A stretch of 55,294 nucleotides of DNA from Ferruginibacter sp. (GTDB lineage Bacteria > Bacteroidota > Bacteroidia > Chitinophagales > Chitinophagaceae), in assembly GCA_031424845.1 (NCBI GenBank), contig JANPIF010000117.1, positions 1 to 55,294 on the forward strand. The letters run 5' to 3'. A program made the translations under genes and the position numbers. Position 1 is the first letter of the stretch, and every line of letters starts with the position of its first letter. Under the pieces are notes generated by a model. That model was not told the origin of the DNA and made no database searches. It was given only the letters and a program-made list of their open reading frames with translations. Of the stretch, positions 21,350 to 31,984 are shown piece after piece.

Positions 21350-23565
21350 ACCAGAGTGTCAATTTCAGATAAAGTTTTAAAATCAAATGCATTATAGAGA
21401 TTTTCGTATAAATAGCAAACTCTATTCTCAACTGCTTTTTGCCAAGCTATCCTTCTCTCCTCCGGCCACTGTCTAACATTTCCTCCAGCCTCGTACCATA
21501 ATTGCTGGTCATCTGGATTAATGGCTGATGCATCCAAGAAATCTTGAATTGAGGATAAGCCCAATTCTTTTGCAACAGGATCTGGACCCAAGGCTATATT
21601 CTCCAATCTCAATTTTTTAGTATGACAAATATTACTATCGCTTCTATTACCCCAAAATGGCCAAAGCCTGAAATTGCCTATTGAGTTAACATAATTAGAC
21701 CTATTCCAGTCAAATTTCTTATTTAGTTCCTTGTTTTCTGAATGAGTAATTGGAGATGCGCCTGATGTAATCAAATGAGACCTAGGCATGATATGGTCCC
21801 AGTCATAAGGTGTATCATATGCGTCGCCACTTGCCGGGTCATATCCTACAAACCATCTTGACGCATATGCTCTTTGAAACCACAATAGAAGCTCTTTTGA
21901 ATCATACCAAAACCACTTGCGAAACAAATTAAATTTGTCATCCTGAATATTAAACACATCATTCCAATGCCTGAAAAACCCGTCAACTGGCAAATCAAAC
22001 GGCTTTGCAAATTCCTTAGGAGATGGTATTGGAACAGTCAATTCTGCCAACAGCAACTTGCTATAAATTTCAGTATCAGGAAAGTCAACTATAGTTCCTT
22101 CTTTAATCGTTTCAATAGCAATTTTACTTACTTTATCGTGTTTCTCAACAGTAAGAAAACTATATACCAGGAATCTCAAAATATTACTCCTGTTCTTATT
22201 AACAAGATCTTTATCCCCACGATGAATAAAAATCCAAATAAATACTGGATGGTATAACGATGGTTTGATAGCTAGAAGCAGTTTCCTTGGTATGCCAATG
22301 TCGCCGGGATTATCTTCCCTATAGATTACAAGTTCACAAAAGGTTTCTATTGTATTTTGGAATACGGACTTGCCGCTTGAATCAACAATTAAAAGATTTT
22401 GAATAGAGTTTAAAAATGCGCCTTCCTTTTTAGATGCTCCAATCCACTTTCTAAAATTCGAAATGCCGGGGTTAGGTATATCGCTTTCATTTTGAATGAA
22501 TCTAGCTAATCTCGTTGCCGCCATTACTATTGCCGTGGCTGAAAGCAGATACCCAACAGATTTACTCTTTACAATTTTAGAAACCATATCATAAGCTCCG
22601 TCCCAACTTGATTTTAAAAGCGAATAGGCCATCTCTTCGCCTTGAAGGACAGTGCCACCAGCATTTACACGTCGAAATAAAACTTCCATATCATCCTGTA
22701 CATTTATAGGTTGTTCTGCCGACTGCTGATTTTGATACAATAGCACTATGGTCCTAGTCCTTATTTCATTATTTGAGGCACTAATTAATTGCTTAATTGC
22801 AGCGATAATTTCAGTGAAATGTGTCGTTTCAACCTCGGGTACTTTTTTTAGATTATGGTAGCGCTCCGGTATAAGACTACATACATCTTGCCATAAGGGG
22901 TGAATAAATTCACCTGTTAATCCTCCACAAAGGTTTATTAATGCATCTAATGGAATTGGTAATTCTGCTTTTACAGGCCAAGAGACCTGCTTGCCATCGC
23001 CGTCAGGATCATTATCGATTTTTACATTATAGTCATAATGAAGGCTTTCGATACCAAGCTCCTCTCTCGCAACATATTTTTGATTCTCATTTAGCTTATC
23101 AGATGGATTTCTATCACTCATACCCCACGGCTGATAAGTTGTAATTACTCTTAAAAGAAATTTTCGGTCATTCAGTTCCGCATTGTCAAAAATCAGTTTA
23201 GGATTTAAGTCAATCCACAAACGTGAATTTTTGTTAGATTTAAATCCAAGCAGGATTGATCTTGTTCTTTGCTGTCCGTCTAATAAAAAATACCCTTCTT
23301 TTGTCGAAGCTATTTGCTCACCTGTATAAATGTCCCTGGCTTTTTCGTCTAAGTTTCTTGGCGACACAAGGAAACTACCAATTGGAAATCCTCTTAGAAT
23401 TGAATCCCATAAGTGTTCTATCTGCGCAACATTCCAAACTGCGTTGCGCTGAATAGGGGGCAATTGAAACAGGTTTAAATCCTCATTGTTGTCATCTGTG
23501 AAAGTCTTTACATAGTCAACGAACGAATAAAAATCAGCATCAGCATTTTTAAATAATTCCGTCAT
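21346..23565 (-). CDS. GmrSD-like type IV restriction protein (DUF262 + DUF1524/HNH-like)
   Basis: LPPIQRNAVW, LLDGQQR, FRRVNAGGT; C-terminal DWDHIMP...SIGNFRL...NRS. Confidence 0.85.
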   Translation of the reverse strand: MTELFKNADADFYSFVDYVKTFTDDNNEDLNLFQLPPIQRNAVWNVAQIEHLWDSILRGFPIGSFLVSPRNLDEKARDIYTGEQIASTKEGYFLLDGQQRTRSILLGFKSNKNSRLWIDLNPKLIFDNAELNDRKFLLRVITTYQPWGMSDRNPSDKLNENQKYVAREELGIESLHYDYNVKIDNDPDGDGKQVSWPVKAELPIPLDALINLCGGLTGEFIHPLWQDVCSLIPERYHNLKKVPEVETTHFTEIIAAIKQLISASNNEIRTRTIVLLYQNQQSAEQPINVQDDMEVLFRRVNAGGTVLQGEEMAYSLLKSSWDGAYDMVSKIVKSKSVGYLLSATAIVMAATRLARFIQNESDIPNPGISNFRKWIGASKKEGAFLNSIQNLLIVDSSGKSVFQNTIETFCELVIYREDNPGDIGIPRKLLLAIKPSLYHPVFIWIFIHRGDKDLVNKNRSNILRFLVYSFLTVEKHDKVSKIAIETIKEGTIVDFPDTEIYSKLLLAELTVPIPSPKEFAKPFDLPVDGFFRHWNDVFNIQDDKFNLFRKWFWYDSKELLLWFQRAYASRWFVGYDPASGDAYDTPYDWDHIMPRSHLITSGASPITHSENKELNKKFDWNRSNYVNSIGNFRLWPFWGNRSDSNICHTKKLRLENIALGPDPVAKELGLSSIQDFLDASAINPDDQQLWYEAGGNVRQWPEERRIAWQKAVENRVCYLYENLYNAFDFKTLSEIDTLV

Positions 23566-23595
23566 GGATAAAATATTATTATTGAATAATGTGAA

Positions 23596-24894
23596 TCACT
23601 TCTTCACTTCAAAAGCCTTTTTTAAATCTCTTATTGAGTTTATATCATTGCGTAGGATACTCTTTTCCTCAAATTCTTTTAGTAACTCTTCGTCGGAAAA
23701 ATCCAAATGAGTTAAATCATAATATCTGAAATTAAGGCCCATGCCATCAACCAATTCATTCCCCAATGGAAATGGGATCACATGATAAACAAGATGATTT
23801 ACATAGGAAGGTACTTGCTCTTTTAGCTCTTCTTCATTAAAGCTTAGCAATTCTTCAGGAGTATTGATAATAAAAAATGAAATCAACTCCTGTTTTAGTC
23901 TTTTTTTTGAATTCTTAATCTCCTCGTCAATATCTTTTACAAGTGCCGCTTTTGAGTTTTCAATTACAGCATTTAGCCCGGCTATTTCCTTTTCAAACTC
24001 ACCAGCGTACTGCTTTTCAATTACACTTTTATCATTTCGACAACGAATATTTTTGAGGTATTTCTTTCGGATTGCCTTTTCTTGTTCCTGAATTACTTTA
24101 TAGTTTTTTAAAGCCTCCACTGCATTCTCTTTATCCGAAAAAATGCGCATGCTGCTTTCCAGTATTTTCTTTAACTCGTCATTTTTAAAAGGCATTGCCT
24201 TTGCTGGAATCTTTACTCTGCGACCATTTATTTTTCCATTCTCAAACTTTAATTCTACAAATTGAATCTTAGTTGTGTATACTTCTATTTCCCTTTTAAG
24301 ATCGGGTGATTGAACCGGATTAACTTTAAGATTTTGATGAATAACTTTAAAGTTTTGTTCGTCAAATTCGGAAGAAAAAAATGTTACTCTACCATCTTTA
24401 AGATCATCCACGGACTTTCTAATCTGCTCTTTTGCAAGTGTAAGTGAATCTAGAACTGTCTGAGCATATTTTTCATCATCTGTTGGCTGGTCTGACTGAA
24501 AAAATGACAACAATATCCGCAATGCTGTCAATTCATCTATATGAATCGCATTGGTTATATCTTCATCATTCAAACTTTCAAAAACCCTGCTGGTAGGGAA
24601 AAATAAATAGTGGTTATTGTCTGCCGAAATTAATGAGATACGATTGTTGTCCGTTTCTACTATTTCTATATTCATCCGCTTCAGCAACATGATAGATTTT
24701 TCATCACCAAATCCATCCCGGATGTATTTTTCAGAGTTGTTGATGCAGATTTTTATATCAGTTAATCCTTTTTGAACCAACTTTTCTATAAGTATTGCCC
24801 ATTCTTCATGTACAGATGGTAATACCAACCGAATCTTTGATTTAGCCTGAAATAATAAATCTGTAATGGAGTGCCAAGAGAGTTTTTGAATCAT
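23596..24894 (-). CDS. Hypothetical protein: degenerate PLD-like N-terminus plus coiled-coil C-terminus
   Basis: AKSKIRLVLP...RISLISAD pattern resembles a PLD fold lacking HKD; charged helical C-terminal half. Confidence 0.55.
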   Translation of the reverse strand: MIQKLSWHSITDLLFQAKSKIRLVLPSVHEEWAILIEKLVQKGLTDIKICINNSEKYIRDGFGDEKSIMLLKRMNIEIVETDNNRISLISADNNHYLFFPTSRVFESLNDEDITNAIHIDELTALRILLSFFQSDQPTDDEKYAQTVLDSLTLAKEQIRKSVDDLKDGRVTFFSSEFDEQNFKVIHQNLKVNPVQSPDLKREIEVYTTKIQFVELKFENGKINGRRVKIPAKAMPFKNDELKKILESSMRIFSDKENAVEALKNYKVIQEQEKAIRKKYLKNIRCRNDKSVIEKQYAGEFEKEIAGLNAVIENSKAALVKDIDEEIKNSKKRLKQELISFFIINTPEELLSFNEEELKEQVPSYVNHLVYHVIPFPLGNELVDGMGLNFRYYDLTHLDFSDEELLKEFEEKSILRNDINSIRDLKKAFEVKK

Positions 24895-24977
24895 AATTTT
24901 ACCAGTACTAATTTTTGATTATAATAAAATACTTACGCTTAATGTAGTATTTGTTTTCTATTAGTGGCATGTAAGAA

Positions 24978-26435
24978 TTAACTAATAAATAAATTAAACC
25001 GAATTCCAGAAAACTGGGTTATAGGAATAAGTTTAACAGAATTCCCGGTTGCAACTAATGACTGAATTACACTTGCATTAGGATGGTGGTCTCTATTCCC
25101 AATTCCATAGTTTATAAAATTATTCGCCCGGGTTTGTATTACTGAATGTAATATACTATCACTACTTTTTTGAGAGCCGTGGTGTGGAATCTGGAATAAC
25201 CAGTAATCATTCCAATAGTTAATAAAATGATTTACAAACTCGCTAACCTGGGCTTGCGTAAGCAAAAATGAATCAGACGTTAATAGTGCATTGGGATAAA
25301 TAAATCTATCAAAATCATTGCTATAATAATAATCAGGATATGGATATTCATTAAAATAATTCTGTGTTTCTATTCGTGAACCATCTGGAGAAATAAACTT
25401 TTGAATATGTGTAAGCTCACTTTCACCAATTCGATTTAAAAAATAGTTACGATGCCTTATCCTAGTTGGATTAACCAAAAAATTAAATATTCCACTAAGA
25501 TTTCTATGCATCATACACAAAGCTGTCGTATTCAAGTCATCTATCTTAACGCCTTTGATTGTTTCAAAATGCCCTTCATTCTTAGCATCTCTGAATATTT
25601 CCTTTATCTCAGTTGCAGCCGCTATTTCTTTAACTTTATTTACGATTTCGTCCAAAAGATCATCTTTTGACAGTCGATCATCAATTAAATACTTTTTAAA
25701 AAATAATTCTTTTACTTTTTCGTAAAACCCTGCTTCGTCTTCGCCAATAGTTCGTTTATAAAACAAAAACTCCATTAATATTATTGAACTACTTGTAAAT
25801 AACTTGCCCTTTTCAGAATCATTAATCTTGAATACTTTTGATTTTGGCTTTTTAGTTATTATTAAATCTGTATCTACACTTCCACTAATTTTATTTTCAA
25901 AATCAAACCTTAATCTGACTTCATTATTGTCAGATTCTGTATTCTCAGGAGGCACTTCATTTTCTGGTAAAATTGGGTCATTAGGTCCCCTTTCAATCAA
26001 AAAGACTTCTGAATCGCCATCAAGATTATCATTTAATGTACCCAGTGGATCTACTGTAAATCTTACAAAAAAATCATCATCGGGGTTAAAGCCGCCATTA
26101 TTGTCTAAGTGCCTGGCTATTAAGAATAACCTTTCATTGAATGAAATGAAAGGCATTACTAATTTTTTTACCTTAACTCCACCTTCAAGCAGTTCCCCGA
26201 TAAATTTCACATGGTCAGCATCAAAATGTGAAATCACTAACAGGTCAAGTACCTTTTTATCCAAATAATCTGTATCTCTATAAATCTCAACTTCCTCCTG
26301 TCCAGCGCCTGCAGTTAAACTTCCACAATCAAATACCATCCTGAATCTAACATCACTATCAAGTTTTATACAACATGAATAAAATAGCCCCTGTCCAACA
26401 GGATGTATTGTGAATTGCTGTTTGAAGGTTGCCAT
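24978..26435 (-). CDS. Metallo-beta-lactamase-fold hydrolase (ComEC/Rec2-like nuclease)
   Basis: HPVGQGLF, FDCGS, SHFDADH, QIPHHGS, HHP. Confidence 0.85.
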   Translation of the reverse strand: MATFKQQFTIHPVGQGLFYSCCIKLDSDVRFRMVFDCGSLTAGAGQEEVEIYRDTDYLDKKVLDLLVISHFDADHVKFIGELLEGGVKVKKLVMPFISFNERLFLIARHLDNNGGFNPDDDFFVRFTVDPLGTLNDNLDGDSEVFLIERGPNDPILPENEVPPENTESDNNEVRLRFDFENKISGSVDTDLIITKKPKSKVFKINDSEKGKLFTSSSIILMEFLFYKRTIGEDEAGFYEKVKELFFKKYLIDDRLSKDDLLDEIVNKVKEIAAATEIKEIFRDAKNEGHFETIKGVKIDDLNTTALCMMHRNLSGIFNFLVNPTRIRHRNYFLNRIGESELTHIQKFISPDGSRIETQNYFNEYPYPDYYYSNDFDRFIYPNALLTSDSFLLTQAQVSEFVNHFINYWNDYWLFQIPHHGSQKSSDSILHSVIQTRANNFINYGIGNRDHHPNASVIQSLVATGNSVKLIPITQFSGIRFNLFIS

Positions 26436-26444
26436 ATATAAGAG

Positions 26445-27338
26445 TTAATATTTAAGCTTATTACAAATTTCATCTACAATATCATTTCCTTGATATAATT
26501 TCTCCGAAGGAATCCGGCTAAATCCAAGGCCCCAAAAAGTGCTGACTATTGGGATCTCAAATTTTGCAATAGTCCGTCTGGCCAAATCAAATTGTTCTGT
26601 TCTTGAAGGAGCATCAAGTCGATAATTAGGAAATGGGCCGACCAAATATCCTTCCTGAAAAAAAGGTCGTTGTGCTTGTGGTGGACAAACACTTAGTAAA
26701 CGTATATTAACCAGTTCTTCGTAGGTATTATACCCAATTGCATCATTAGCCCAAGGCATACCAAGTACATACACTATCCCAGTTTTCCCTTCATTCCTAT
26801 CAAACGCAAATGAACAAGCCACATGTAAGGAGTGAGTTAAATCCAACAAAGGAGTAGGGCAAACTTCATAGTGTTGTAAAATTGACCAAGCGATTTCCGG
26901 GTATTTGCTCAATAATGATGTTCCGGCAAGTTTAATTTTGCTTTCGGAAAATTGCGTCTTTAATTCCTGCACCTTTCCATCTAAAATTTTAAACCTTTCT
27001 TTAAGAAAAAGCTTCGATTCGTCAACATTTCTTCGGTAAATATTTGGAAGTATCGTTGATCTACCTTCCTGATTCTTATGATCACTAGATTGCCCCCGAT
27101 AAAATAGTGTGAGGTTTCTGTTTCTATGCAATATTTGAGCAACATTTCTTACTAGCTCATCATAAGTATAAACTCTCATTGGATCAGACTGTAATATTTC
27201 ATCCAACGGAATGGGTTTATGCCATTCTTTATCCATTGGCGAACTCATTTTACCAAGATTAACATGACTAAAAGATGAACTAATTAATCGCATGTAAAAT
27301 AGTTTTATTGATTTAATTTCTCCCAAGCCTCCATGCAC
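26445..27338 (-). CDS. FRG domain protein (true start probably a later Met)
   Basis: FYRGQ, LQHYEVCPTPLLDLT..LHVACSFA, R...QEGY. Confidence 0.88.
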   Translation of the reverse strand: MHGGLGEIKSIKLFYMRLISSSFSHVNLGKMSSPMDKEWHKPIPLDEILQSDPMRVYTYDELVRNVAQILHRNRNLTLFYRGQSSDHKNQEGRSTILPNIYRRNVDESKLFLKERFKILDGKVQELKTQFSESKIKLAGTSLLSKYPEIAWSILQHYEVCPTPLLDLTHSLHVACSFAFDRNEGKTGIVYVLGMPWANDAIGYNTYEELVNIRLLSVCPPQAQRPFFQEGYLVGPFPNYRLDAPSRTEQFDLARRTIAKFEIPIVSTFWGLGFSRIPSEKLYQGNDIVDEICNKLKY

Positions 27339-27362
27339 AAAACTTTTTATGAGATAGTTTCA

Positions 27363-27965
27363 TTATTTTCTCGATACTTCATCTTTCTCATCAAATAAAA
27401 TATATTCTGTAATGGGGTTCGATAAAAGAAAATCTTCAAAAATCATTTCTTTATTATTTGGATCCCGTTTAAAATATCTTTCTCTTGTAGGATCATACCC
27501 TACAACAATTGAGTGAAGAGTATTATTACTAACTGGATATAAAACCATTGCCAAACCGCCCCTCTTTAGTTCTTCTCGCAACTGCAAAACTTCCCCTCGT
27601 TCAATAGGTGTTAATTGAGCTTTAGATTTTATAATGTCGCAATACCCACTTGTTTTAAAACTATTATCGATATGAAATTCAACAATATATTGAAAGCCCC
27701 TTTTATCAACTTTCTTTTTACAATGGTTATGAAAATGCTTAGTTATTTTATCTTCCCTATATTGATTAAATTCTACTCTACCTTTTTTTCTAAGATTCTC
27801 CTGCTCGGCAAAGTTGATGAGCTTATGCTTTGATAAGTATTCATTAAAGAATTTTAATAAACTATATTTCCCTTCTGAAAAATATTCTATTATAATGCCA
27901 TAAGAAGCAGTAGCACAAACATCTGCTGTTTGAGTATATTTAGTGTTTATGTATCTCATTTCCAT
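27363..27965 (-). CDS. Papain-fold peptidase C39-like protein
   Basis: Q-x4-C (TQTADVCATAS), HSIVVGYD, RDPN give a Cys-His-Asp triad in C39 order. Confidence 0.6.
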   Translation of the reverse strand: MEMRYINTKYTQTADVCATASYGIIIEYFSEGKYSLLKFFNEYLSKHKLINFAEQENLRKKGRVEFNQYREDKITKHFHNHCKKKVDKRGFQYIVEFHIDNSFKTSGYCDIIKSKAQLTPIERGEVLQLREELKRGGLAMVLYPVSNNTLHSIVVGYDPTRERYFKRDPNNKEMIFEDFLLSNPITEYILFDEKDEVSRK

Positions 27966-27967
27966 AA

Positions 27968-30900
27968 CTAATTATTTTCATTCAATTTCTCCCAAGCCTC
28001 CAACACCAACCTTCTCGTTCTATACTCTCCATACAACTTGATTTCCTTGTCTTTCAACACACGAAATGTCTCTCCAGGAAAATCAGGGCCATAAACATCC
28101 TGCGGGTCTAAAATGTACCGAAGTTCTTCGGTGGTGAGGCCATAGAGTTTAGCGTAAATAGCATCTAGTTCTGCTTTTAATACTGCCCTACGGTTTTCAT
28201 CCCATTTAAAGGGAGGTAATGGGCAACCTGTTTCATCTATTGCACACCATTCTGGCGGTGCCCATTCATGACCACCTGTGACTTCTTTATTTTCTTCCCA
28301 TTGTTTGGTGATGGCTGCTTTTAAATCATCATCAGCTTCTTTCCAAACATCATCGGCAAAATCTTTAATTTTCCAATAATTATAATCAAGCTCTAAGACA
28401 GACGGAATAATTTTTAGTAAGTTTTGTTTTTGGTAATCTGCTCTACTGTAAATTGGCAGTTGATTAATAATAAATTGAGCAATATTTTTTCCCCCTAATT
28501 TTTGACGAAGAACGTAATCAAAAATTAGAGCAGATGCATTTGCCTGAAACAAAACATGGTCAATTGCATTGGTAAATGCAAAAGTTTGTAAAGAATTTCC
28601 GACAAATGCTCGATTTACAATTGAAACTATAAATGTCCTTTCATTCATTACATCTGAAACTTTTCTTGTAACTAAAAAGTACTTACAGTTTGCAAATTTT
28701 TCGGGGAAATATTTATTTTCAATATAGAACCTGGGCATCCCTACAGAAAATGGATCTTTAAGCTCTTCTATTGATAAGGCATCATTTGTACCTCTTATAG
28801 CTTCTTCATCCTCACTAAACGATGCATTAGAATATCTTGAATTATATAAAAAAATCATCTTCCCTTCAACTAAAGGAATTGCATCCTTCCCGTCAATTTT
28901 GTTTGCCATTAGAAACTTATCAGAGTCAGAAGACATGTGAATCATTTCAGTAATTGTAAAATCCCATTCATTTTTAACTCCCTCTTTATAAAATATTGGT
29001 ACTCTCTTATAAATATCTTTTACAATTTTAGCATCGGTAGTGTTTTTGAAAATTGGGCAAGTCTTTGTATTTGGATTCAGTAGTAAGAAGTCTGCTTTAC
29101 TTAAATAAAAAACTCGAGTTTTATCTTTAATCTCCTCAACAAAGTTTAGATAAAATCCAAACATCGAATCACCAGTAAAATTATGACCAGCTGTAAATAA
29201 ACAATATTTTGTTTTGGTATGAAGAGTTGCAAAATACTTACCCTTACGATTTTCAAAATCGAACAGAGAAATAATTTTGTTATTCAATACTAAGTATTCA
29301 AAGAACTCTTTTAATGGGCTATCGGTAGCAATACCTGATGGTATCACAATGCCAATTCTTCCATTTGATTTGTTAATCAATTGAAGATTGAGTTCAGTGA
29401 ATAACGCATAGGTATTTAAGTCTCCTTTATTTGCAAGAGAATAATTTCGTGAAGAATTAATAAATAGAGATTGCTTTTCTGCTGAAATCTTATTCTTAAT
29501 GAAATCTTGAAATAACGCTGGGTTATTTTCTTGAAGTGAGCTTATTGAAGCTTTCCGAATATCTTTTGTTTTAGATGTACTTACGTTTCCGTCTTTGTTT
29601 TTAAAAAATTCTTTCTCTTGTAATTTAATACGTTCCCAAGGTGGATTACCCAGCATTACATCAAAACCGCCTTGCTCAAATACATCTGGAAACTCTAATG
29701 GCCAATGAAAGAATTTATGCTCTGTACTTAAAGCATCAGACTTTCCTATCATAGGGCCATAAGCTGCGGCTGGATTATTAAGAAACTTTGCCAGCCGTTC
29801 GCTATTGGGTGCTGCTTGTTTGTTTTCTTCGGTATAGTTCCAGAAGAAAGCAGCAGTCCAAAGGTTACAAGCCCGCCAATCTTTAAACCATGTGTGATTG
29901 TTGCGGAATTTTTCAAACTTCGTTTTTACCTGTTTTACGCCTTCTACATCATCCTGCTGTATCTTTTCGAGTTCTTTGTAATCGCCTGTAAATGCTGATG
30001 TATCGATGTTGCCGCTTTGTTCAAAATCAAGTGTAACTTGTTTGGTTTTGTTGTATTTGGCATTTTCCTTTTTTAGTTCCTGGCAAATCTTTTTGTCATC
30101 ACCAGTAACCGGATTAAATGCATCATCAGGAATACCTTTTTGCAATGCATTTAAATTGGTGATACCTACCAAGCTATTTCCGTTTCGTATTTTATGGTCT
30201 AAAAAACTAAGAGGTTTACCACTGTTATGTCCTTCCAGCCATAAGGCCAATTTGCATAACTCTACTGCATCGGGGTTATAATCTACCGCATAAATACAAT
30301 GCTGTATTACTTCCCGTAAACACTTTCGGTAAATAGACGGAGCAGGGTTTTCTTCTCCGCTTTGTACCCTTGCTAAATACCAGGCAATTGTACGTGCTGC
30401 TGCCAATAGCATGTGTCCGCTACCTGCCGCTGCATCACATACTTTCAATTTCAATAAGGCTTTAGCTTGTGCCGTTGTGTTGCCGGTATGTTCTTTTAAT
30501 CGTTCCTCAATAACAGGTATTAAAGCAGATTTGATGAGTTCGTTCACCAGTTCCGGTCTTGTGTAATAAGAGCCTGTTGTTTTGCGGTCGGTTCCTTCGT
30601 GAAAAGTAAAATTGATGTGTGCCGGATTGCTGGCTTCTATGTTTTCAATTACCGGATGCAATTCCAATAACCCTTCATAAACAGAACCTAATTCTTCTAC
30701 ATCTAATGACCTATAATTAATGGCAACTAAATTTTTCTTTTCATCTCTAAACTCATTAAGGTTTTTTACACACTCCAACAAAAGCCTGTTGTTTATCAAA
30801 CTTACTTCTAAATCAAGTATGGCTTGCGAACTGAATAAATCTCCATCCAAAGGCTGTATGCCTAATTTTTTTCCTCTGCCGCCAGCTTCAAATAAAATAA

Positions 30901-31978
30901 ATGTATTTACCAGCCCTTGCCACAAATCATTGAACTGTGCTTCATACACATAATGGCTTTCTGATAATTTACGCAAGCGGGCAATGCTGTAAAATTGTAA
31001 GTAGAATTTTTTAAGGCGTTGAGTGGCTTCACTTTTATCTTCCGGATCATACACCAAATCTCTTTCCTCAGTTACCATCAAAAACAAAAATCGATAAATG
31101 ATCCGTAACAACTGCCTGTAATAATCTTTGGATGATAACCTACCTGCTTGAATTTTTTCTCTTAGGGTTATATTGTTTTCGTGTTGCAAAAAGCCTTTAC
31201 CCAAAGCCACTAAAGATTCTTTTACCGCAAGGCTTAGTCCATCACGAATGCGATTACCGGTTTCAATACTGTCCTGATAATATTTCTCTAATATGCATTG
31301 ATCAGCTTCTGCTTTGTTTCTTGGAAAACGGGAAGCATGTAATAAGCGATACAATAAAGTAAACTCACTGTATTTGTCTTCATCCATCATCCGCTTAATA
31401 TCAAACTCCACATAAGTAAGTTTAATGAGGCGACCACTATCCCGAATTAAACGCAGGTACAAACCATTGGTAGCAATTCCATAAATATTCTCCGTAACGT
31501 TCAGGTATTCCTGCATTGTGCCGTGGGGTGAAAATTTAGAAGTGCCCCCACTAGTTTTAATGTCTAAGGTATTTTTATCGGGGTTACTTGGTTCTGAAAA
31601 GCCCACAATATGAATGGGCAGATGATCTAAGTTTTCTGCGGTATGGCTGATGGTGTAAGAATGGTTGTTATCCCCAAGTAAACCGGATTTTGAGCGGGAT
31701 AAATCAAAACTTATAGAACTAAAAAATTGCTCCATCCATTTACGGCTTAAAGTAGTACCATAAGGATCACTTGCAGGCAGGTTTTGACTTTTATCATTAA
31801 AGTTTTTCCAGTCTAATTTTATCCGGCTCCAGGCATATTCTATTTCGCTGCGAATATTAGAGCCGGGTTCAAAACCAAAGTCAGTAGCCAATTGCCCCTG
31901 AGCTTCTGCTTTTTCTATTTTTTGCAGAATTTCTTCTGAAATTAAATTGCCTAGTATATTTATGCAGGTGTACTTCAT
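27968..31978 (-). CDS. N6-adenine DNA methyltransferase, type IIG/Eco57I-like (DrmMI-like)
   Basis: GSYYT, DAAAGSGHML (motif I), GNPPW (motif IV), AT-rich C-terminal TRD region. Confidence 0.92.
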   Translation of the reverse strand: MKYTCINILGNLISEEILQKIEKAEAQGQLATDFGFEPGSNIRSEIEYAWSRIKLDWKNFNDKSQNLPASDPYGTTLSRKWMEQFFSSISFDLSRSKSGLLGDNNHSYTISHTAENLDHLPIHIVGFSEPSNPDKNTLDIKTSGGTSKFSPHGTMQEYLNVTENIYGIATNGLYLRLIRDSGRLIKLTYVEFDIKRMMDEDKYSEFTLLYRLLHASRFPRNKAEADQCILEKYYQDSIETGNRIRDGLSLAVKESLVALGKGFLQHENNITLREKIQAGRLSSKDYYRQLLRIIYRFLFLMVTEERDLVYDPEDKSEATQRLKKFYLQFYSIARLRKLSESHYVYEAQFNDLWQGLVNTFILFEAGGRGKKLGIQPLDGDLFSSQAILDLEVSLINNRLLLECVKNLNEFRDEKKNLVAINYRSLDVEELGSVYEGLLELHPVIENIEASNPAHINFTFHEGTDRKTTGSYYTRPELVNELIKSALIPVIEERLKEHTGNTTAQAKALLKLKVCDAAAGSGHMLLAAARTIAWYLARVQSGEENPAPSIYRKCLREVIQHCIYAVDYNPDAVELCKLALWLEGHNSGKPLSFLDHKIRNGNSLVGITNLNALQKGIPDDAFNPVTGDDKKICQELKKENAKYNKTKQVTLDFEQSGNIDTSAFTGDYKELEKIQQDDVEGVKQVKTKFEKFRNNHTWFKDWRACNLWTAAFFWNYTEENKQAAPNSERLAKFLNNPAAAYGPMIGKSDALSTEHKFFHWPLEFPDVFEQGGFDVMLGNPPWERIKLQEKEFFKNKDGNVSTSKTKDIRKASISSLQENNPALFQDFIKNKISAEKQSLFINSSRNYSLANKGDLNTYALFTELNLQLINKSNGRIGIVIPSGIATDSPLKEFFEYLVLNNKIISLFDFENRKGKYFATLHTKTKYCLFTAGHNFTGDSMFGFYLNFVEEIKDKTRVFYLSKADFLLLNPNTKTCPIFKNTTDAKIVKDIYKRVPIFYKEGVKNEWDFTITEMIHMSSDSDKFLMANKIDGKDAIPLVEGKMIFLYNSRYSNASFSEDEEAIRGTNDALSIEELKDPFSVGMPRFYIENKYFPEKFANCKYFLVTRKVSDVMNERTFIVSIVNRAFVGNSLQTFAFTNAIDHVLFQANASALIFDYVLRQKLGGKNIAQFIINQLPIYSRADYQKQNLLKIIPSVLELDYNYWKIKDFADDVWKEADDDLKAAITKQWEENKEVTGGHEWAPPEWCAIDETGCPLPPFKWDENRRAVLKAELDAIYAKLYGLTTEELRYILDPQDVYGPDFPGETFRVLKDKEIKLYGEYRTRRLVLEAWEKLNENN

Positions 31979-31984
31979 TTTCGT

